From contig CAZQHZ010000001.1 in assembly GCA_964593285.1 (NCBI GenBank), positions 2,124-66,123 of the forward strand: a DNA stretch of 64,000 bases, given 5' to 3'. Under the pieces are notes generated by a model, which saw only the letters and a list, made by a program, of their open reading frames with translations, ran no database searches and had not been told where the DNA came from. How positions within the stretch are numbered: the first letter of the stretch is position 1; each line of letters starts with the position of its first letter. A program made the translations under genes and the position numbers. Below, in pieces: positions 57,177 to 64,000 of this stretch. The DNA comes from an uncultured Methanosarcinales archaeon (GTDB taxonomy: Archaea > Nanobdellota > Nanobdellia > Woesearchaeales > DSVV01).

Positions 57177-58502
57177 TTAGAAAAGAAAATTTTTTACATT
57201 TATATATTTACTTAAAATAAAATATAGTAAAATAATAATATATGATATTATTGTATAAAATATGGTTCTATTAAGAATTGCTTTTTTTATATTTTTAGTT
57301 TTTTTGAAGAATAAATAAAAAAGTGTAAATGGAAAATGGTGGTATTTTAAATATCTATTATAATTAAATTTTGTTGTTTTTTTGATTAAATATATTGATA
57401 TTATTAAGTATGATGTAAAAAAAATGAGTAATGTTGGAACTATTAATATTATTAATAAACTAATTAAATTGAATGTTTCTATAAAATAATTATAAAAAAT
57501 TATAAAAAATAAAGTAATTGTAAGTGCAAAAATTATACTTATAAAGTAATTAAGGAAAATATATCTTAAATTATCTTTATTTTTTGAATTAAAATAATAA
57601 AAAACTGAATTTAAAAAAGCGATTAAAAATAATAAAAATAAAAAATAAGTTTCAAAAATAAAAATTGTAATAATTGTAATAATTATACATATGATACCAA
57701 CAAATTTTCCTAAAAATATTTTGTTTTTTTTATGTAAAGAATCAATTAATATATATTTTGAAAGTAAGATAAAAAATACGATTAAATTATTATAGTATTC
57801 ACCAGTAAGATAATTAAATAAAAAGACAAATGAAATTATAAAAATAGTAAATAATAAAAGAGAAATTGATTGTAAATAATTTAAAAAGAAATCTAATTTT
57901 TTATTGATAATACTAAGTAAAACAATTGAAAATAAAATATAAAGTATTATTAAAATTATATTAAAAATAATTACATTATTAATAGATAAAAAAGAAATAA
58001 TTTGATTTATTAATTCATGATAAAGTGAAGTATTAATTATACTAATAAGCAGGGTATAAGAAAAAATAATACTGATAAAAAGTGTTAGAAATATTGTTTT
58101 TATATCATGTTTTTTTGTTATTTTTACATATAAATATGAATGGACAAGTAAAAGTAAAAGTATTAATCCAAAATTTAAATTAAAAAAGATTATTGTATAA
58201 AATATCAATAAAAGTGTAAAAATTATTTCAAAAAGAATTATATTTTTATATTTTTTTATATACAATTTGTTAATTATAAAAATTGATATAATTAATATAG
58301 TTGTAAAAAAAATACCTTCAAAAAATTTATCTGTTAGATAAAAAAATATAAATAATGTTGTAATAAATAATATGAATGTAGAAAAAGATATTAAATTAAT
58401 ATATTTTGAAATTAAAAAAAATTGATCTTTATTTTTCATTATTTTTACTTTAGATAAGATGATATTTAAATATTTTTTTAAGAAAATGTTATAAATAACC
58501 AT
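57177..58502 (-). CDS. Hypothetical polytopic membrane protein (10 or more TM)
   Basis: 441 aa, almost entirely hydrophobic (I/L/F-rich) with short K/N loops; no motif recognised. Confidence 0.4.
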   Translation of the reverse strand: MVIYNIFLKKYLNIILSKVKIMKNKDQFFLISKYINLISFSTFILFITTLFIFFYLTDKFFEGIFFTTILIISIFIINKLYIKKYKNIILFEIIFTLLLIFYTIIFFNLNFGLILLLLLVHSYLYVKITKKHDIKTIFLTLFISIIFSYTLLISIINTSLYHELINQIISFLSINNVIIFNIILIILYILFSIVLLSIINKKLDFFLNYLQSISLLLFTIFIISFVFLFNYLTGEYYNNLIVFFILLSKYILIDSLHKKNKIFLGKFVGIICIIITIITIFIFETYFLFLLFLIAFLNSVFYYFNSKNKDNLRYIFLNYFISIIFALTITLFFIIFYNYFIETFNLISLLIILIVPTLLIFFTSYLIISIYLIKKTTKFNYNRYLKYHHFPFTLFYLFFKKTKNIKKAILNRTIFYTIISYIIILLYFILSKYINVKNFLF

Positions 58503-58531
58503 TTATTTTCAAAAATTTAGGTGTATTTATT

Positions 58532-59731
58532 ATGTTAATTGGTGTTGTTGGAAAAGCAAATGTTGGAAAAAGTACATTTTTTAAGTCATTAACCTTAGCT
58601 GATATTGAAATTGCAAATTATCCTTTTGCAACTATTAATCCAAATAAAGGTGTTGGTTTTGTGAAAATTGATTGTGTTTGCAAGGAATTTAATAAACAAT
58701 GTAATCCAAGGGAAGGATATTGTACTGGTAAATATAGATTTATTGCAGTTGATGTAATAGATGTTGCAGGTTTAGTTCCTGGAGCTCATGAAGGAAAAGG
58801 CATGGGTAATCAATTCTTAGATGATTTAAGGCAAGCTAATTGTTTAATTCATGTAATAGACTGTTCTGGGAGCACCAATGAAAGAGGAGAATCTGTAACT
58901 CCAGGTTCATATAATCCTGAAAAAGACATTTTATTCTTAGAGGTTGAATTAGATATGTGGTACCTTGGAATACTAAAAAAAGGTTGGGAAAAATTAGCAA
59001 GACAAATACAGCAAGAAAGTTTAGATACACACAAAGTTTTAGCAAAACAATTATCTGGGTTAGGAGTTAGTGAAGATATGATTAAAGAATCATTAAGGAA
59101 ATTAAATTATAATATTGAAAAACCAATCTCATGGACTGAAGATGAATTGGCAAAATTAGCATCACATCTTCGAAAATTAACAAAACCTATGGTTATTGCA
59201 GCAAATAAAGTAGATACAGAAACTGGTAAAAAAAACTATGAAGAATTAAAGAAAAAGTTTAATGATAGATTAATCATTCCATGTAGTGCTGAATCTGAAT
59301 TAGTTTTAAGACAGGCATCAAAAGCAAATTTAATTAATTATGTCCCAGGAGAGAATAATTTTAAAATTATTGCACCAGAAAAATTAAATGAAAAGCAATT
59401 AAAAGCATTAGATTTTATTCAAAAAAATGTTTTGGATGTTTATGGTAGCACTGGTGTTATCAATACATTAAATTCGGCAGTTTTTGATTTACTTGAATAT
59501 ATGGCAATATTTCCAGGAGGCGTTGGTAAGATGGAAGATCAACATGGTAATGTTTTACCAGATTGTTTTTTAATGCCAAAAAATACAACTGCTCTTGATT
59601 TTGCATTTAAATTACATACAGATTTAGGTAAAGGATTTATTAAAGCAATAGATGTTAAAACAAAAATGGTCGTTGGAAAAGATCATAAATTAAAACATCG
59701 AGATGTTATAGAAATTGCAAGTAAATCTTAA
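58532..59731 (+). CDS. Obg-like ATPase/GTP-binding protein of the YchF/OLA1 family with C-terminal TGS domain
   Basis: 399 aa; G1 GVVGKANVGKST, ...ANYPFATINPNKGV..., G3 DVAGLV; C-terminal TGS-like ...ALDFAFKLHTDLGKGFIKAIDV... Confidence 0.65.
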   Translation: MLIGVVGKANVGKSTFFKSLTLADIEIANYPFATINPNKGVGFVKIDCVCKEFNKQCNPREGYCTGKYRFIAVDVIDVAGLVPGAHEGKGMGNQFLDDLRQANCLIHVIDCSGSTNERGESVTPGSYNPEKDILFLEVELDMWYLGILKKGWEKLARQIQQESLDTHKVLAKQLSGLGVSEDMIKESLRKLNYNIEKPISWTEDELAKLASHLRKLTKPMVIAANKVDTETGKKNYEELKKKFNDRLIIPCSAESELVLRQASKANLINYVPGENNFKIIAPEKLNEKQLKALDFIQKNVLDVYGSTGVINTLNSAVFDLLEYMAIFPGGVGKMEDQHGNVLPDCFLMPKNTTALDFAFKLHTDLGKGFIKAIDVKTKMVVGKDHKLKHRDVIEIASKS

Positions 59732-60106
59732 TTATTCTTTTTTAAGAAAGCTTTGTGCTAAGTCAATTACATATTTACCTTCTTCTAATTTGTAAACAAG
59801 AGGTTTATCTTTTTTAAATAAAGAAACTAAATCAACTTCAAATTTACCTGGTTTTAAAATTCTAATGCTTTCAAAATCTAAAATAACTGCATTATCATTT
59901 TCTTCTTTTACACCAACTATATCCAAAACATCTTTTTCGATTTGTTTTTTATCTTTAGTGGTTAAATTTTCAACAGCTTCTTTTGCTTCTTCAATATTTT
60001 TTTTTTTAACAAAAAAGAATAATTTAGCACCACAGCTACATCCACTCAAAATTGCTTTTGATCCATCATCATATACAGTTCCACATCTAACACATTGGTG
60101 AGGCAT
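59732..60106 (-). CDS. Zn-ribbon domain protein (conserved hypothetical)
   Basis: 124 aa; N-terminal CVRCG...GCSCG zinc ribbon, remainder acidic/helical. Confidence 0.35.
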   Translation of the reverse strand: MPHQCVRCGTVYDDGSKAILSGCSCGAKLFFFVKKKNIEEAKEAVENLTTKDKKQIEKDVLDIVGVKEENDNAVILDFESIRILKPGKFEVDLVSLFKKDKPLVYKLEEGKYVIDLAQSFLKKE

Positions 60107-60196
60107 TTTAAATATATGGATATTCTCTTAATTTATAAAACTTTTTTATTATTTTTAACAATTAACTTTAAATAATATTATTTTTTTAAGCAAATT

Positions 60197-60961
60197 ATGT
60201 TAAATGAAGCTATAAAAATTTCAAAACTTGCAGGAGATTATTTATTAAAAAACTTTAAACAAGATTTACTAATTTTAAAAGAGCGAGGAATGTCTAAAGA
60301 AATTGTAACTAAATATGATAAAGAAGCTGATAAAATTATTATTAATGAAATTGAAAAAAATTTTAAAAATCATAGTATCTTAACTGAAGAAACTGGTTTA
60401 ATTGATAAAAAAAGTGACTATTTATGGATAGTTGACTCAATGGATGGTAGTGGTAATTTTGCTAATCAAAATCCTTTTTATTCTGTATCAATTGCGTTAA
60501 TGCATAAAAATGAATTAATTATAGGTGTAATTTATGCTCCATCTTTAAATGAATTGTATGTTGCAGAAAAAGATAAAGGTTCTACATTAAATGGTGAAAA
60601 ATTAAAAGCTTCTAAAATTTCAAATTTAGATAAATCTTATATTGTAACATGCGAGGGCGGTTCAAAGGACAATAAAAATATTGCAAATTTATATTACAAG
60701 TTATATCCAAAAGTTAAAGATTTACGAAAAATTGGAAGTGCTGCAATTGAAGGGGGTTTAATTGCAAGTTCTAGGGCTGATGGGTATGTTACTTTTAATA
60801 TTTCTCCTTGGGATGTTGCTGCAACTATTTTGGTCTCAAAGGAAGCTGGATGCATTGTTACAACATTTGACAATAAACCATGGCAGTTAAAAAATACAGA
60901 TTTAGTTATTTCCAATGGTAAAATACATAGTGATTTGTTAAAAATTGTAAATTTATTATAA
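60197..60961 (+). CDS. suhB: Inositol monophosphatase / fructose-1,6-bisphosphatase family (SuhB/IMPase)
   Basis: 254 aa; metal-binding motifs ...LTEETG... and WIVDSMDGSGNFA (IMPase DPIDGT motif), C-terminal ...GSAAIEGGLIASSRADGYV... Confidence 0.8.
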   Translation: MLNEAIKISKLAGDYLLKNFKQDLLILKERGMSKEIVTKYDKEADKIIINEIEKNFKNHSILTEETGLIDKKSDYLWIVDSMDGSGNFANQNPFYSVSIALMHKNELIIGVIYAPSLNELYVAEKDKGSTLNGEKLKASKISNLDKSYIVTCEGGSKDNKNIANLYYKLYPKVKDLRKIGSAAIEGGLIASSRADGYVTFNISPWDVAATILVSKEAGCIVTTFDNKPWQLKNTDLVISNGKIHSDLLKIVNLL

Positions 60962-61073
60962 TTCTTCTAAAAATATGTGGTAAGTAATATAGGTTTTACT
61001 ATACAAATATTTATAAATGTGGTATTTAAAAAAATTAAAAAAAACAAAATAGAGGTGATTTATAGTGAGTGAA

Positions 61074-61181
61074 ATGAAAATTTGTCCAAAATGCAACAAA
61101 AAAACCTTGGATTTAAAGGTTTTATTAAATGGAGATAAAATAATGTATTGTTCTTCTTGTGGATATAAATCAAAAGAATAA
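61074..61181 (+). CDS. Unannotated small zinc-ribbon protein (35 aa)
   Basis: MKICPKCNKKTLDLKVLLNGDKIMYCSSCGYKSKE; two CxxC pairs 17 residues apart; AGAGGTGA Shine-Dalgarno-like sequence ~15 nt upstream; below the ORF-track size cutoff. Confidence 0.4.
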   Translation: MKICPKCNKKTLDLKVLLNGDKIMYCSSCGYKSKE

Positions 61182-61185
61182 GTGA

Positions 61186-61911
61186 TTATATTTTTACATG
61201 GTCATTCCATATTTTTATTATTTTTTTTTTTGTATCATCAGTTGTTGTTGGGGGGTTTGTGTTTAAAAATATTAATTTTGAATTATAGTGGCTAAATAAT
61301 TTTTTAAGCCAGTCACTTTCAAATCTGTGTTGAACTTTTTTTTGAAACATTAAATTTTCAAAAATTGCATTGTCTTTTTTTTCTCGCTTCATTAATCTTT
61401 CAATTACAACTTCAGGTTCTACTTTTATAATAACTAAAATATCTGGTGCATTTTTTATTGCTAGTTTATTTCCAGGTAAATTAATAATATCATTTAATAA
61501 TATTCGTTCATTTTGCACAGGTTGATATACTAGTGATGTAGTAATTCCTCGTTCTTGAATAATAATTTTCCCTGCTTTTTTTGCAGGAATTAATAATTTT
61601 CTATACAAAATTTCTCTATCTAAAGAAAATGCTTGTGCTGTACTAATTCCAGAATATTGTCTTTCATTATTTCTAATAATTTCTTCTCGAATAACTTTTC
61701 CAACTCCATAAAATGTTGGTTCACTACTACAAATAACATCATATTTTTCAATTTCTTTAAGTTCTGGAATTTCATTATGTTTTTGCCAATATTTTCGTAA
61801 ATCAAATACTTTTTTATCCTGGCTTTCAAGATATTCTTTTAGTGCATTAATTACTGTACCTTTACCACTACCATCAAGCCCATCAACCATAATAAAAAAA
61901 CCATTAGCCAT
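61186..61911 (-). CDS. P-loop nucleotide/nucleoside kinase, thymidylate-kinase-like
   Basis: 241 aa; P-loop FIMVDGLDGSGKGT, later ...SEP...DREI... and lid-like RE/K residues in Tmk-like order; substrate not assignable. Confidence 0.45.
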   Translation of the reverse strand: MANGFFIMVDGLDGSGKGTVINALKEYLESQDKKVFDLRKYWQKHNEIPELKEIEKYDVICSSEPTFYGVGKVIREEIIRNNERQYSGISTAQAFSLDREILYRKLLIPAKKAGKIIIQERGITTSLVYQPVQNERILLNDIINLPGNKLAIKNAPDILVIIKVEPEVVIERLMKREKKDNAIFENLMFQKKVQHRFESDWLKKLFSHYNSKLIFLNTNPPTTTDDTKKKIIKIWNDHVKI

Positions 61912-62018
61912 AAATAAAGAAAGATAATAGATTATTTTAACTTTGCGGTTTATTTATGCTTTTTTTGTTTATTTAAACAAATAACAATATAAATACTTCT
62001 TAATTTTTCTATTTTATT

Positions 62019-63533
62019 ATGCAATATGATATTATATTTATAGTAGGTGAAGTGTTTTTTGATCATCCACTAAGTGGCATTGCTATTTTAAAGAGATATC
62101 TAGAAAAGAATGGATATACCATAGGAATAATTGAAATGCCAAAAACTGAGGATGATATAAAACAATTAGGAAAGCCCAAATTGTTTTTTGCAATTAGTTC
62201 TGGAAGCATTGATAGTATGGTTAGAAATTATACACCACTAAAAAAATTAAGAAAACTAGATGAGAATTTAGATTATACAGATGATGTACCAAATAGAGCA
62301 ATAATTGTATATTCTAATTGGGTTCGAAAGAATTTTAAAGATAGTTTAATTGTAATTGGTGGAGTTGAAGCAACTTTAAGAAGATTTGTCCATTATGATT
62401 ACTGGGATAATAAATTAAGAAAACCAATCTTATTTGATTCAAGAGCAGATATTTTATCATATGGTTATTCTGAAAAACAAATTCTAGAAATAGCAAATAG
62501 AATTAAAAATAAAAAAGATTTATTTAAAATACCAGGTACCTGTATTATTTCAAAGGAAGTAGTTGATAATTTTAAATTGATGCCATCATTTAATGAAGTT
62601 AATAATTCTAAAGAAAAATTTTGTGATATGCATAATATGATTTCAATTAATGAAAATTTAGCTCAAAAAATAGATAATAGATATGTTTTACAATTTATAG
62701 CTCCAGTATATACAACAAAAGATTTAGATGAATATTATGCATTAGATTTTTCAAGGGAAGTTCCAAAAAACCTTCGAGGATTTCAATTTAGCATTGTAAC
62801 TCATAGAGGCTGTATTGGTGAGTGTAATTTTTGTTCAATAAAAGCTAGTTTAGGAAGTAGAATAATTTCAAGAAGTATCAATTCAATTTTAGATGAGATT
62901 AAAACAATCACAAAACATCATTTTTTTAGAGGTAATATTGATGATTTAGGTGGGCCTTCTGCTAATATGTATGGAATGGATTGTAATAAATGTAATAATA
63001 GTTGCATTGATTGTTTAAAATTAGATAGAAGTAATAGTCAATTGATAAAACTTTTAAGGCTTGCAAGAAAAATTGATGGTGTAAAAAATATTTTTATTAG
63101 AAGTGGAATTAGATATGATTTAGTAAGTGATGAATATTTAAAAGAATTATCAAAACATCATATTTATGACACATTAAAAGTTGCACCAGAACATATTAAT
63201 AAAAATGTTTTAAAATTAATGAATAAGGATAAAGGTAATTTAAAAAAATTTATTGATAGATTTAATAAATTAAAAATTGACAAAAAATTATCATTTTATT
63301 TTATGGTATCGCACCCTGGATGTAATTTAGAAAATTCAAAAGAATTATCTAAATTTATAAAAAATTTTGATAATTGTGAGTTTGTTCAAGTATTCACTCC
63401 AACTCCACTAACAACATCTACCTGTATGTATTATACTTCAATGGATCCAAAAACAAAACAAAAAATATATGTACCATATAACTATTCTGAAAAAAAACAG
63501 CAAAAAAGAATTGTTATGAGGAATGTAAACTAA
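62019..63533 (+). CDS. ygiQ: YgiQ-family (UPF0313) radical SAM protein
   Basis: 504 aa; N-terminus DIIFIVGEVFFDHPLSGIAI...LGKPKLFFAISSGSIDSMVRNYT co-linear with E. coli YgiQ; radical-SAM cluster HRGCIGECNFCS. Confidence 0.8.
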   Translation: MQYDIIFIVGEVFFDHPLSGIAILKRYLEKNGYTIGIIEMPKTEDDIKQLGKPKLFFAISSGSIDSMVRNYTPLKKLRKLDENLDYTDDVPNRAIIVYSNWVRKNFKDSLIVIGGVEATLRRFVHYDYWDNKLRKPILFDSRADILSYGYSEKQILEIANRIKNKKDLFKIPGTCIISKEVVDNFKLMPSFNEVNNSKEKFCDMHNMISINENLAQKIDNRYVLQFIAPVYTTKDLDEYYALDFSREVPKNLRGFQFSIVTHRGCIGECNFCSIKASLGSRIISRSINSILDEIKTITKHHFFRGNIDDLGGPSANMYGMDCNKCNNSCIDCLKLDRSNSQLIKLLRLARKIDGVKNIFIRSGIRYDLVSDEYLKELSKHHIYDTLKVAPEHINKNVLKLMNKDKGNLKKFIDRFNKLKIDKKLSFYFMVSHPGCNLENSKELSKFIKNFDNCEFVQVFTPTPLTTSTCMYYTSMDPKTKQKIYVPYNYSEKKQQKRIVMRNVN

Positions 63534-63537
63534 TAAA

Positions 63538-64000
63538 ATGAATAATGATCAAGAAAAAGCAATAAAAAAAATAAACGGCCCATGTATTATTTTAGCTGGG
63601 GCTGGTACTGGAAAAAGTTATACTATTAAAAAAAAAGCAAATTACTTAGTAAATGAATTAAAAAAATACAAACCTGAAGATATTTTATGTTTAACTTTTT
63701 CAAATGAAGCAACAAATTCATTAAAAATTGGTATGCGTGAAGAATTAAAAACAACAACTAATGTAACAGTTAAAACATTTCATGGATTTTGTTCAGATAT
63801 TATAAAAGAACATGGTAACTTAATTGATATTGATTCTAATTTTGAAATTTTACTAGCAGATGATGCAAAAATTATGATTCATAAATATTTAAATGTCCTG
63901 CCTTATTGGGCTAATCGTTTTATTAATACAATCATGACTGCAAAAGATTTTGGTATTAGTTTAGATGATATTAAAAAACATTTAAATGAAATAAAAAAAA
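63538..64000 (+). CDS. UvrD/Rep/PcrA-family DNA helicase, N-terminal part (runs off the window)
   Basis: ...INGPCIILAGAGTGKSYTI... (motif I/Walker A), ...ILCLTFSNEAT... (motif Ia); open to the window end. Confidence 0.7.
   Translation, partial: MNNDQEKAIKKINGPCIILAGAGTGKSYTIKKKANYLVNELKKYKPEDILCLTFSNEATNSLKIGMREELKTTTNVTVKTFHGFCSDIIKEHGNLIDIDSNFEILLADDAKIMIHKYLNVLPYWANRFINTIMTAKDFGISLDDIKKHLNEIKK

Overview
The window is a very AT-rich (about 25% GC), gene-dense prokaryotic chromosomal segment. It is almost certainly archaeal, most likely a reduced-genome DPANN-like lineage. Supporting evidence: two tRNA genes with short 41-45 nt introns at the canonical 37/38 position; ribosomal protein L35Ae (archaeal/eukaryotic only); a FlaI/TadA-type pilus ATPase with T2SSF membrane proteins; an archaeal-type Ogg; and oligo-T tracts after genes. 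Mixed in are several bacterial-type genes (Lgt, RsmI, RlmH, and an NrdR domain). Housekeeping content includes SAH hydrolase, IleRS, a ValRS-like class I synthetase, AsnRS, topoisomerase I, SppA, a YchF/Obg-like GTPase, IMPase, and a YgiQ radical SAM protein. The most notable loci are: (1) a class III ribonucleotide reductase whose N-terminus is a full-length NrdR repressor domain, with two NrdR-box-like palindromes 32 bp apart in its own promoter; (2) an MNT/HEPN-like toxin-antitoxin cassette bounded by ~66-bp imperfect direct repeats copied from the 3' end of a methyltransferase gene, inside an accessory patch of methyltransferases (one with an in-frame stop) and a large NTase protein; (3) an 8-gene archaeal type IV pilus-like locus with pilin-like genes, a FlaI-like ATPase and a FlaJ/TadC platform split into two genes; (4) a Fur/PerR-headed oxidative stress island with rubrerythrin, reverse rubrerythrin, desulfoferrodoxin, FTR-like protein and thioredoxin. 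No rRNA genes, CRISPR arrays or transposase genes were seen.
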